Part shown: positions 12,280-23,818 of the stretch, piece by piece
How positions within the stretch are numbered: position 1 is the first letter of the stretch
Layout: every line of letters begins with the position of its first letter
Source of the DNA: Eledone cirrhosa
Lineage: Eukaryota
Assembly (NCBI GenBank): GCA_964016885.1
Contig: OZ024753.1
Coordinates: 9,920,001-9,984,000, forward strand
Direction of reading: 5' to 3'
DNA length: 64,000 bases
Position numbers and translations under genes: made by a program
The notes under the pieces: model-generated
The model's input: the letters and a program-made list of their open reading frames with translations, nothing else
The model's database searches: none
What the model was told of the DNA's origin: nothing

Positions 12280-14049
12280 GCAGCTTGGAAGTGTCACTAT
12301 GAAAGGCTACTAAATGAGGAGAATAAATGGGAGAAAGACAGTCTCCCCCATGTCGACCCAATAGAGGGACCAGCAGTGTTAGTCGAGGGGAGTATAATAA
12401 GTAAGGCAATCAAGGATATGAAGACAGGTAAGGCGGCTGGGCCTTCGGAAATAGTTGCTGAGATGCTGAAGGCATCTGGCACGGTGGGACACACCATGGT
12501 CACCCGCATAGTTAACCAAGTCGTACAGAATGGGGCTGTTCCGAAGGACTGGCATAGCAGCATCATCGTTAACTGTTATAAGGGTAAAGGAGACGCCCTA
12601 GATAGGAGTAACTATAGAGGCATTAAATTAATCGACCAGGTCATGAAGGTCACAGAAAAAGTAATAGCGCAACTAATCAGAGAGAGAATTGACCTAGATG
12701 AAATGCAGTTCGGGTTTGTGTCAGGCAAAAGTACCACAGACGCTCTTTTCATAGTACGACAACTACAGGAGAAGTACCTAGCTAAAGGTAAACCCCTCTA
12801 CTTAGCTTTTGTCGACTTGGAGAAAGCCTTCGACAGAGTCCCCCGCTCCATTATCTGGTGGGCTCTTAGAAAACTAGGCGTTGACGAATGGCTTGTGAGG
12901 GCTATACAAGCCATGTATAAAGAAACAGTCAGCAAGGTTAGAATTAACAACGAATATAGTGAAGAGTTTAGCGTAAAAGTTGGCGTCCATCAGGGCTCTG
13001 TTCTCAGCCCCCTACTATTTATTATTGCCCTTCAGGCTATAACAGAGGAGTTCAAGACAGGCTGCCCATGGGAACTCCTATACGCAGACGACCTGACACT
13101 CATAGCGGAATCAATGGCCGAGCTAGAGAAGAAATTCCAAACATGGAAGCACGGCCTAGAGTCAAAAGGACTTAAAATTAACCTGGCTAAGACCAAAGTT
13201 CTAGTTTGTAGGAAAGAAAACAAGGCGGCGGTCCCTTCTGGGAAATGGTCGTGCTCGGTGTGTAGGAAAGGCGTAGGTAGAAACTCCATTTTGTGTCCTA
13301 AATGCAAAGTATGGGTGCATAAAAGATGTAGTGGGATCACAGGTAAGCTAACTAAGAACATAGATTTTACATGTGGCCGGTGTTCTGGTGCAATAAGTAG
13401 CAGCAAGTGCCCACACAATACTAGCTCTTTCAATTGCGCAGAGGGTTCTATAGAAATAGTGGACAGCTTCCGTTACCTGGGCGATAAAATCAGCAGTGGG
13501 GGAGGGTGCTCTGAAAGTACTGTAGCTAGAGTCAGAACTGGTTGGAAAAAGTTCAGAGAGCTTATACCACTATTAGCTGCTAAAGGGTTCTCCCTAAAAA
13601 TGAAAGGCAGGTTGTACGATGCCTGCATACGAACAGCAATGTTGCATGGCAGTGAGACCTGGGCATTGTGTGCAGAGGATATACGCAGACTAGAGAGGAA
13701 CGAAGCTTGCATGCTCCGCTGGATGTGTAACAGTAATATACGTGAACGGCAAAGCATAAACGAACTAAGGAAAAAATTAGAGATAAGAGGGATCAGATGT
13801 TGTTTACTCGAGAGAAGGCTACGTTGGTATGGACACGTGATGCGCATGAAAGTCGATAGCTGTATAACAAAGTGCAGGGCAATAAAGATAGACGGTAGCC
13901 ACGGAATAGGCAGACCTAGAAAAACCTGGGACGAGCTGATAAACTCCGACCTCACACACTTACACCTCTCCAAGACAATGTCACTGGACCGAGACCTTTG
14001 GCGGTACTCAGTAACAGAGAAGACCCGCCTTGCCAGTAGGCATCTCTAA
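12280..14049 (+). CDS. Reverse transcriptase ORF of a 5'-truncated RTE-clade LINE, with a PHD-like Cys/His finger
   Basis: Motifs NYRGIKL, QFGF, FVDLEKAFDRV, GVHQGSVLSP, LLYADD, FRYLG and HGSETW. C4HC3-like CSVC...CPKC...H..C...CGRC. The frame is open from 12280 (AAWKCHYERLLN). The endonuclease domain is missing. Confidence 0.95.
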   Translation, partial: AAWKCHYERLLNEENKWEKDSLPHVDPIEGPAVLVEGSIISKAIKDMKTGKAAGPSEIVAEMLKASGTVGHTMVTRIVNQVVQNGAVPKDWHSSIIVNCYKGKGDALDRSNYRGIKLIDQVMKVTEKVIAQLIRERIDLDEMQFGFVSGKSTTDALFIVRQLQEKYLAKGKPLYLAFVDLEKAFDRVPRSIIWWALRKLGVDEWLVRAIQAMYKETVSKVRINNEYSEEFSVKVGVHQGSVLSPLLFIIALQAITEEFKTGCPWELLYADDLTLIAESMAELEKKFQTWKHGLESKGLKINLAKTKVLVCRKENKAAVPSGKWSCSVCRKGVGRNSILCPKCKVWVHKRCSGITGKLTKNIDFTCGRCSGAISSSKCPHNTSSFNCAEGSIEIVDSFRYLGDKISSGGGCSESTVARVRTGWKKFRELIPLLAAKGFSLKMKGRLYDACIRTAMLHGSETWALCAEDIRRLERNEACMLRWMCNSNIRERQSINELRKKLEIRGIRCCLLERRLRWYGHVMRMKVDSCITKCRAIKIDGSHGIGRPRKTWDELINSDLTHLHLSKTMSLDRDLWRYSVTEKTRLASRHL

Positions 14050-14408
14050 CAAAATACACCCCGTCCCACCACCACCACCCCCACCCCATCCACACCACCC
14101 CGTCCTATGTAAAGTTATGTTGGTGCCGCGCCATCCGGGCCGAAACAAATGAGATCGTGTAGGTGTCACTACAAAAAAACACACAGTCCACGCTGTAATG
14201 TGGCCGTGTAGGCAACACGGTAAAAACCTCCCAGACCCACACTGTAAATGTGGTTGGTGTTAGGAAGGGCATCCAACTGTAGAAAACCTGCCAGACAGTC
14301 CTATGCGAGCAAGACAATCACTCTTGCCTCAAGTGGGACTACCCCCGTCCAAACCCATGCAAGCGTGGAACACGGACGTTAAACGTTGATGATGATGATG
14401 ATGATGAT
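12280..14408 (+). mobile_element. RTE LINE, 5'-truncated, with 3' UTR and (GAT)n tail
   Basis: RT ORF followed by a UTR of about 350 bp ending in GATGATGATGAT. Confidence 0.92.
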
Positions 14409-15441
14409 TAACACTATATTTATAGCAAGCTGTTAGTTTCCATGTTCCCCTGCATTATATATATATAAATACTAACTATATTTATAGCAAGCTGTTAGTA
14501 GCCATGTTCCCCGGCATTATATATATATAAATACTAACTATATTTATAGCAAGCTGTTAGTATCCATGTTCCCCTGCATTATATATATATAAATATTAAC
14601 TATATTTATAGCAAGCTGTTAGTATCCATGTTCCCCTGCATTATATATATATAAATACTAACTATATTTATAGCAAGCTGTTAGTATCCATGTTCCCCTG
14701 CATTATATATATATATATTAATACTAACTATATTTATAGCAAGCTGTTAGTATCCATGTTCCCCTGCATTATATATATATATATATTAATACTAACTATA
14801 TTTACGGTAAGCTGTTAATATCCATGTTCTCTCACATTATATATGTATATATATTAACTCTAACTATATTTATAGCAAGCTGTTAGTATCCATGTTCTCC
14901 CACATTACATTAATGTTGAACTCACTGTAAATGAGGTTGGTGTTAGGAAGGGCATCCAGCTGTAGAAATCAAGCCAGAATCAGTTCCCGTATGAGCAAGA
15001 CAAGGTCACCCGACCTGGCATTGCTCACAACAGGACAACCCGTCTAACCCATGCTAGCGTGGAAGAATGGACGTAAAACGGTGATGATGATGATGACTAT
15101 ATTTACAGCAAGTTGTTAGGGTGGGGTGGGGGGATGTTAAAACTATCAGCAATCCACATATTATGCGTGTCAACACTAACTTATGTTCTTTTTCATGCAG
15201 ATAGCACCTCAGAATTATATTAATTCTCTAAACAATTCAATGTTTCTCATGCTAAAAATTGTATAATCTTGGATATATTACATAGTAAAGAAGCAATGCT
15301 TTGCTTAGCTGATGAGGTCAGAATAAAACCAAAACCTGTTTGACTATTCTGTAACTAATGAGTGGCTCATGAGCTACCAATTTGAAGTTGAAATCTTAAG
15401 AAGAGTCAACCACATGAAATAAAGTAAATACTGCTAGAAAC

Positions 15442-15728
15442 ATATTTTGACCATATCTAGCATATTATTCAACAGATGTGAAGATATTTTGACCATATCT
15501 AGCACATTATTCAACAGATGTGAAGATATTTTAACCATATCTAGCACATTACTCAACAGATGTCAAGATATTTTAACCATATCTAGCACATTACTCAACA
15601 GATGTCAAGATATTTTAACCATATCTAGCACATTACTCAACAGATGTCAAGATATTTTAACCATATCTAGCACATTACTCAACAGATGTCAAGATATTTT
15701 AACCATATCTAGCACATTACTAAACAGA
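15442..15728. repeat. 42-bp minisatellite (about 7 copies)
   Basis: Unit ATATTTTAACCATATCTAGCACATTACTCAACAGATGTCAAG. This explains the repetitive 107-aa ORF. Confidence 0.9.
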
Positions 15729-15984
15729 ATCTGTAAAACACTACCACTCAAGTCATTCTTGTTTGTTTAGTTAGTGCAGGGTTTGTTTTTTAACCCAAAG
15801 ATTAATGATTTAGATGGTTAATAAAATTGTTCATTAAAAAAACATCTTTAGCCCAGTCAGTAGCTTAGCAAAGGAGAGAAACTCCAGGAACATTTCTGCC
15901 TTATTGTGACTTTATCAGCAAAGTATAACCTTCATCAATATTGCATTATGTTCTTGGATAATCTATTTTATTTATTGTAAATGA

Positions 15985-17420
15985 GAAATAATAAATTTGA
16001 GTTGTTCAATTCGGTTTTCATGCCGATCCTTGCCTATGCACATGAATCTTGGGTAATGACTGAAAGAATACAATCGCAAATACAAGCAGCCAAATTGGGG
16101 TTCCTCCGAAGGGTCTTTGGAGTAATGTTACTTGATAAAGTGCGGAGCTTGGAGATCAGAAAGTCACTCCAGGTAGAGATCACAGCTCCGATGCTACGGG
16201 CATGTGGTTAGAATGTCTCAGGAAAAAATTGCTGGAGATATTTGTAACTCTGAGATTAGAGAGTCACTCCAGGTAGAGCCGCTACTTCTCCGGATTGAGA
16301 GATGACAGCTCCGATACTATGGGCATGTGGTTAGAATGTCTCAGGAAAGAATCGCTGGACAGATTTATAGCTAGGAGATCAGAGAGTCACTCCAGGTAGA
16401 GCTGCTACTTCTCCAGATTGAGAGATCACAGTTCCGATACTTCGGGCATGTAGTTAGAATGTCTCAGGAAAGAATTGCTGGACAGATTTATAGCTAGGAG
16501 ATGAGAGAGTCACTCCAGGTAGAGCTGCTACTTCTCCGGATTGAGAGATCACAGTTCCGATACTATGGGCATGTGGTTAGAATGTCTCAGGAAAGAATCG
16601 CTGGACAGATTTATAGCTAGGAGATCAGAGAGTCACTCCAGGTAGAGCTGCTACTTCTCTGGATTGAGAGATCACAGTTCCGATACTATGGGCATGTGGT
16701 TAGAATGTCTCAGGAAAGAATCGCTGGACAGATTTATAGCTAGGAGATCAGAGAGTCACTCCAGGTAGAGCCGCTACTTCTCTGGATTGAGAGATCACAG
16801 TTCCGATACTATGGGCATGTGGTTAGAATGTCTCAGGAAAGAATCGCTGGACAGATTTATAGCTAGGAGATCAGAGAGTCACTCCAGGTAGAGCTGCTAC
16901 TTCTCTGGATTGAGAGATCACAGTTCCGATACTTCGGGCATGTAGTTAGAATGTCTCAGGAAAGAATCGCTGGACAGATTTATAGCTAGGAGATCAGAGA
17001 GTCACTCCAGGTAGAGCTGCTACTTCTCTGGATTGAGAGATCACAGTTCCGATACTTCGGGCATGTGGTTAGAATGTCTCAGGAAAGAATCGCTGGACAG
17101 ATTTATAGCTAGGAGATCAGAGAGTCACTCCAGGTAGAGCTGCTACTTCTCTGGATTGAGAGATCACAGCTCCGATGCTACGGGCATGTGGTTAGAATGT
17201 CTCAGGAAAAAATTGCTGGACAGATTTTACGGGCAAAACCCAGGTGTAGAGCCCGAACAAAATGGTTGGATAACATCCAAGAGCTTTACTAGTCATGCTT
17301 GGGGATCCAGCCGAATCAGTTGGAGATGGTTGTTTCTGACAGGACCTGCTGGAAGGAGTGTTTGAGGACTCTACCCCCATGACCCTCTCAGGAATAAGTG
17401 GGCAAAGACAAGTTGTAAGC
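15985..17420 (+). mobile_element. Decayed RTE-type LINE 3' end containing a 123-bp tandem amplification (about 16130-17230, about 9 copies)
   Basis: LFNSVFMPILAYAHESWVMT...GFLRRVFGV..LDKVRSLEIR is a LINE C-terminal motif. The unit AGCTAGGAGATCAGAGAG... starts at 16369 and 16492. Confidence 0.85.
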
Positions 17421-18098
17421 ATTAAGGAAGGCTTATTTAAAAAAAATTCAAGCTGCTGCAAAAAAAACAACAAAAAAAAAAAACAAAAAAAAAAACAAAG
17501 CAATATTAAAAAAATATGTCATTTGCAAACTGAATTAAAAACATTTTTGTATTTAAAAAAAAAATAAATGCAAAAATAATTTTATGAAATACAAAAAAAC
17601 TTTAAATTTTGATGTTTATCTTTAAGGCATCAAAGTTTATATTATACCCGGGAAATATAAGTGGATCAAAACGATAAATTTCATTGATTGTAATCGCTTG
17701 TTTTTTGTTTTAAACACCTCGACACACAAAGTCGGACAGCAGGAATATGGTGATACATGTCAAAAATCCTAAAAACTACATCAAAAAAAAAAACAAAAAA
17801 AAAAAAAATATAACCCAAAATAAATTATCAAGGTGGTTAAAAATAACATAGGTTATCTTGCTACAAAAATTCATTTTTTTTTTTTCTTTTTCATTCTACA
17901 TTTTACATGAATTTATTTTAGAAAGTAGTTTTAAAAATATCTAAATTTAACCTTTATTTGTCATTATTGAAAATATGTTTTTCTTGATTCTCAATTTAAA
18001 GAAATATATTTTATATTCAGCGTTTGATAGAGAAATACACCAACCATAACCCTAAGCAGAAGATAGATGTAAAAAAATAAATACATATGAATATAATT

Positions 18099-18859
18099 TT
18101 ATATCATATTAAATTCTAGAACGCGAAAATGGCTTTCAGCGTTACCATATCGTGTACGCAATAGCTGGTCTGTTTGTTGGTTGGGATCGATTTGTAAAAC
18201 ATTGTGATTGTGGTTGCTGTTGTTGTTATAGGTAAAGTTGCATGGATAGTCAGCAGTTGTCGGTTCGTACTGATGAGAATGAAAATGAAGAGGAAAACGA
18301 TGATAAAGATTTGATTGATGGTCTTGGAATGATTCGGGTGATCTGCTGACATGGCAATCTGGTGTGGCGCTGCTGTAGGAATATGGGGGTGGTGGTGGAG
18401 GTAAATATGGTGGGTGTGCCAGATGTGTTTGACTAGTGGGTGTCAAAGAAGACGGTGGGGTAGGAGTCTGGCGACAAGATGAAGTCGAAGCACTGGAAGG
18501 TGGAGCAGGGCTGTCAGATCGACTGGCAGACAAGCCACCAGAAGCTGAAGCTGGCGACGATGGTGCTGGTGATGATGGATTTTGGTCGGAGGAATAAGAT
18601 GCCAGACGTCTCCGTGTGATTCTATAATCTCGTGGTTCTTTACCTTCACTTGATATAAGGGCAGGTAGAATACGACGCCTAGCATTTATATACCAGTTGT
18701 TCACCTGCTGGATTGTTAGACCTGTGTCATTGGCCATCTTACGTTTCGTTTCTTCACAAGGATAGGCACGGAATCTGTTTCGATACAACCATTTCATGAG
18801 ATAATCAACAGCATCCTTTGGAAGATTGCCACGAGTCCGCTTCCTTTTAGAGCAGTTAT
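18099..18859 (-). CDS. TGIF: TGIF-family TALE homeobox protein, last (homeodomain-containing) coding exon
   Basis: KRKRTRGNLPKDAVDYLMKWLYRNRFRAYPCEETK...QVNNWYINARRRILP followed by the TGIF-specific extension EGKEPRDYRITRR. Poly-T tract plus TTCCATTCTAG acceptor at 18860-18861 (phase 1). TAA stop at 18099. Confidence 0.9.
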
Positions 18860-18984
18860 CTAGAATGGAAAAAAAAAAAAAAAAAAAAGTTTATTTCAAT
18901 GAATCAATTATATATATATATATAGTATTAATATATAAAGGAACAAAGAATCAGTGTTGCTGTATCATACACATATTTATTTTT

Positions 18985-19070
18985 TAATACATATGTTTCA
19001 CCGTCGATCAGCTCGAGGAACGATCTAGTAATGATCGAACTTGACTCTGGGATTGGAAGCTCCTCAGTTA
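18985..19070 (-). ncRNA. Minimal type I hammerhead-like motif in a (TA)n-flanked remnant (about 18925-19170)
   Basis: Minus strand TAA-CTGAGGA-[long imperfect stem II containing CGATC/GATCG]-GAAA-CATATG-TA-TTA. The stem III loop is palindromic, but stem I is only about 3 bp. Confidence 0.55.
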
Positions 19071-19168
19071 TGTTTTAATATGTAGACTCACATCTGAGAG
19101 TGTATGAATATTTTCCAAAATCCTTATAAATTAGCACAAATTCCATCATAGTGGTATTCATCTTAACA

Positions 19169-19203
<35 letters not shown>

Positions 19204-19649
19204 TCATTTCATCTTACGTCCGCTTTTTCCCTGCTTGCAAGGGTGGGACGGGAACTGATTCTGGCTTGATTTCTACAGCTGGATGCCCTTCCTAACACCA
19301 ACCTCATTTATAGTGAGTGCTGGGTGCTTTTTTGCTGTGGCACCTCCACGACCACTTTACAGTGGAATGATAGGGACCCCAGTCATTTCTACAGCTGAGT
19401 AAACTGGAGCAATGTGAAATAAAGTGTCTTACTCAAGGAAACAATACATCACGCGGTCTGAGAATTGAACTCACAACCTTTCGATTGCAAGGCCAATGCT
19501 CTAACCACTAAGCCATGTGCCTCCATATATATATACACAGATACATTTGTCTGATGTGCCTCCATATATATATATACAGATACATTTGTCTGTGTGTATA
19601 TACATATATATATATGTGTGTGTGTGTGTGTATATATATATATACACAG

Positions 19650-20085
19650 ACGAGTCAATGGCAATCCAAAATCACCGGGTGAGATGACCCCTTAGCCTTT
19701 GTCAAGGCAGAATTCTAGGAGAAGGAAAACTCTGATATAACACCTGCAACCCTGATGGTATCCAATGATGTTGATTTGTTCTTCTTTTTGGTAAATATCA
19801 TCTTGGTTAAGAGAGTGGGACTGGCTTTGTGCAGTGCCTTTGCTCACTATAAAAGCTTCACGGCACAGGCATTGCTTTAGATCTGGAGATCTCTCTGCAC
19901 TTGTCGTCACATGGTACCATGGGCCCAGCACTATGTGTCAATAATTGTCACAAGTGTAGTGTTTGTAGCAGAGTTTTCAAGTCGCTGGCTGGACTAAAAA
20001 GTCACACTCGTTCAGCGCATCGGTAGGGGTTCTCCTACATGGATATAAAGTAGTGGCCGTACTCGAAAACGAGTTGGCAGCCACC
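19650..20085 (+). mobile_element. Non-autonomous retroposon with a LINE-derived 3' end (C2H2 finger remnant). Longer inverted copy at about 23817-24420
   Basis: The plus strand at about 19948-20026 reads HKCSVCSRVFKSLAGLKSHTRSAHR*. A near-identical reverse complement lies at 23817-24240. Both copies are flanked by (TA)n. Confidence 0.7.
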
Positions 20086-20118
<33 letters not shown>

Positions 20119-21131
20119 GACATATTTAGTGAAGGCTGGTGGCTGAGAATTGGGTTTGCAATTGTGAGGTTGTGAGTTTCATTCTCTGACTGGGCGATAC
20201 GTTATGTCCTATGTCCTTGAGCAAGACACTTTTATTTCACGTTGCCCCCCTTACCTGGAGTTGCGACGGACGGATAATATTAGCAATTGGAAAGACCAAT
20301 GGAAACATGGTTTCCTTGGTCCGATTTGACGAGCTCCACCCCATTTGTTAAGTGAACACGACATATCAATTACAAGTATAATCCATCCAATGGGCTTCCA
20401 CATAGTTTCCGCCTACTAAGTCAATCGGAAATATGGTAAAAACCACTAGGGATCGAACTCGGGATCTCAACCTTCTTAACCACTCAGACATGGCTGCAGT
20501 AGCTGTCAATAACAGTGACAAATGTGATAGGAAACTACTATATATATACACCTCTCCAAGACAATGTCACTGGACCGAGACCTTTGGCGGTACTCAGTAA
20601 TAGAGAAGACCCGCCTTACCTAAATACAAAGTAAAAACCTACTACAGTCAGTAGGCATCTCTATCAAAACACACCCCCGTCCCACCACCCCCACCCCATC
20701 CACACCGCCCCTTTCAATGTAAAGTTATGTTGGTCCCACAACATCCAGGCCGAAACAAATGAGATCGTGTAGGTGTCACGACAAAAAACACACAGTCCAC
20801 GCTGTAAATGTGGCCGTGTAGGCAACACGGTAAAAACCTCCCAGCCCCACACTGTAAATGTGGTTGGTGTTAGGAAGGGCATCCAGCTGTAGAAAACCCG
20901 CCAGACAGTCCACGCTGTAATGTGGCCGTGTAGGCAACACGGTAAAAACCTCCCAGCCCCACACTGTAAATGTGGTTGGTGTTAGGAAGGGCATCCAACT
21001 GTAGAAAACCCGCCAGACAGTCCTATGCGAGCAAGACAACCACTCTTGCCTCAAGTGGGAAAACCCCCGTCCAAACCCATGCAAGCGTGGAACACGGACG
21101 CTAAACCTGATGATGATGATGATGATGATGA

Positions 21132-21170
<39 letters not shown>

Positions 21171-21311
21171 CACATCTATATACATACACACATAAACATA
21201 CATATATATATACATACATACACATCTATATACATACACACACAAACATACATATATATACACACACAAACTTGCAAATACATATATATATATACACACA
21301 CGAACATACAA

Positions 21312-21342
<31 letters not shown>

Positions 21343-21441
21343 ATCTTACAAATATATATAAACACACAATCTTATAAATAAATATATACTCTTATAAATG
21401 AATACCTATATATTTGTTTATACAATTAAACACCCACGCAA

Positions 21442-21475
<34 letters not shown>

Positions 21476-21605
21476 GGGTATATACACATATATTCACAAG
21501 CAGAGAATAAACTCCAATAAAATACAAGTTTCCTTCTAAACAGGAAATGTGAGGAAATGAATAAGATTTAAAATCTGTTGTTGTGGATTTATGAAGAGAG
21601 AGAAG

Positions 21606-21609
<4 letters not shown>

Positions 21610-21702
<93 letters not shown>
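21610..21702. repeat. (GA)n microsatellite (another at 5941-6009)
   Basis: Direct inspection. Confidence 0.95.
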
Positions 21703-21704
<2 letters not shown>

Positions 21705-22335
21705 AATTTCCGTCCTTGTCTCCTATGTCATGTTAATCTAAAACGGTGACAGAAATAGTCACCACACAACATGACAACACAAACACACCTTGACGACGAC
21801 AAACACAAACACGAGCAACGCCATTGAATTTCATATCCTCCTTGACTTATTTCTAATATTGAATAATATATATGAGGTGATAAAAAGCCGACCATACTCA
21901 ATTGCACCTCTCAAGGGCAATGACACACGACCGTTACCTCTGGCATCACGCAGTAATACAGAAGACCCCCCCCCTCTCCACAGGAACAAGCCGAAGCTGA
22001 AGCATATAGACAATATGCCTCCCCGCCCCCCACAGCAAAAAAAAAAAGCACCCAGCCCACACTGTAAAGTGGAGGTGCCACGGAAAAAATAAAAAAACAC
22101 CCAGCACTCACTGTAAATGAGGTTGGTGTTAGGAAGGGCATCCAGCTGTAGAAACCAAGCCAGAATCAGTTCCTGTATGAGCAAGACATGGTCAACCGAC
22201 CAGACACTGCCCACAACAGGACAACCCGTCTAACCCATGCTAGAGTGGAAGAACAGACATAAAACGGTGATGATGATGATGCTATAGTAATAATAATAAA
22301 TGTGAAGACTAAAATCCGAAGAGAGCTCGATAAGG

Positions 22336-22368
<33 letters not shown>

Positions 22369-22502
22369 CTTTATTTACCATAAAGGCATAAAAAGAAGGG
22401 ACAAATACAAAGGGGGAGTTTACATACAATCGAGTAAAAAGGGTATAACATGAAAATAATCGAAAATAACCTCAAAAGGGAGGGGACGTGATGGGGGTTG
22501 CA

Positions 22503-22573
<71 letters not shown>

Positions 22574-22688
22574 CTTTATTAGCCACAGGGGCACAAAAGA
22601 AGGGGACAAATACAAAGGGGGAAGTTTACATACAATTATATATAGATAGATAAATATACACGGGTGTGTATGATTGTGTATAGAAGAT

Positions 22689-22901
22689 TATATTAATAAA
22701 AGGAATTCCAACTTTGTCTGATTTACTCGTTTTATTTACAATCCTTTAAAATTTATAATGTAATTATAATGAAATAGTATGGTAGAACATTAACATTTAA
22801 TATTCTACCATACTATTTCATTATAATACCATTATAAATTTTAAAGGATTGTAAATAAAACGAGTAAATCAGACAAAGTTGGAATACCTTTTATTAATAT
22901 A
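22689..22901. repeat. Fold-back palindrome of about 210 bp centred near 22795, ending in (TA)n
   Basis: TATTAATAAAAGGAATTCCAACTTTGTCTGATTTACTCG...GGTAGAA mirrors TTCTACC...CGAGTAAATCAGACAAAGTTGGAATACCTTTTATTAATA. Confidence 0.95.
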
Positions 22902-23397
22902 TATATATATATATATATAGTAGAATAATCGAATATCGAAAAATCGGCGCACGAGTTCACGATAAACAAAATTCGATATGAGTGGCAGAGGGCTCAATAA
23001 TTCAGATAAATCAGAGCTATAACTATCGTTAAAATACCAACACACATAGATCATGTCTAAAATCAACCATACGACCGAAAAATTACGATCTGGAAGATTC
23101 GGGTCACTCAGATAAAATATCAATAAATCAATAAATCATATGAATAAAATAACAGATTAAAGTTTAAGCAAAGAATCACTGGTTTCACCCTTAACGGGAT
23201 CTTCTAATATATATATAATTGTTTCTACTTTTGACACAAGGCCAGCAATTACCCAGTACATTACTGGTACTTTATTTTATCGTCCCCGTAAGGATGAAAG
23301 GCAAAGTTACCCTCGGCGGGATTTGAACACAGTCCGTAAAGGGACGTAACTCTGTGCTGCAAAGCATGGCGTCCAACCCTCTACCAATATATATATA

Positions 23398-23452
<55 letters not shown>

Positions 23453-23544
23453 GTTAAACAAGGTTCAATGAATAAATCAAAGAATAAAGTTTTACAATAG
23501 ATTAGAAGCACTCCACAGTGATGGTTTTCCGGAGTTATTAATAT

Positions 23545-23611
23545 TATTTTATCTGATGAGGACGTACTGTTGAAGATAGCTCAGTACCTCTGAAATATGT
23601 ATAATAAAATA
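23545..23611 (+). ncRNA. Minimal type I hammerhead ribozyme (Penelope pLTR type)
   Basis: TATTTTAT-CTGATGA-GGACGTACTG...CAGTACCTCT-GAAA-TATGTA-TA-ATAAAATA. Stem I is a perfect 8 bp, stem II is present, and the AUA cleavage triplet is intact. Confidence 0.8.
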
Positions 23612-23652
23612 TACTTGATCACACGAATGTCTATTTTTATTAATATTTTGAA

Positions 23653-23691
<39 letters not shown>

Positions 23692-23759
23692 CAAAGAGGT
23701 TGTGGTAAAATACCAAGTGGACCAGAACGCACCAGAGTACTCAATACTTAGGGTAGGAG

Positions 23760-23818
<59 letters not shown>

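Larger units (their letters stand above)
11855..14910. repeat. Minisatellite of about 62 bp, interrupted by a Meta-type SINE (12022-12206) and the RTE LINE (12280-14408)
   Basis: Unit ACTATATTTATAGCAAGCTGTTAGTATCCATGTTCCCCTGCATTATATA is present on both sides of the insertions. Confidence 0.85.

Noticed and set aside
13032-13973. Antisense ORFs over the RTE RT
   Set aside because: Shadow ORFs on the opposite strand of a real coding frame, with no recognisable motifs.
15305-15350. CTGATGA-GGT...ACC-AAAA hammerhead-like string
   Set aside because: GAAA is absent and stem I does not pair. At best it is a dead remnant.
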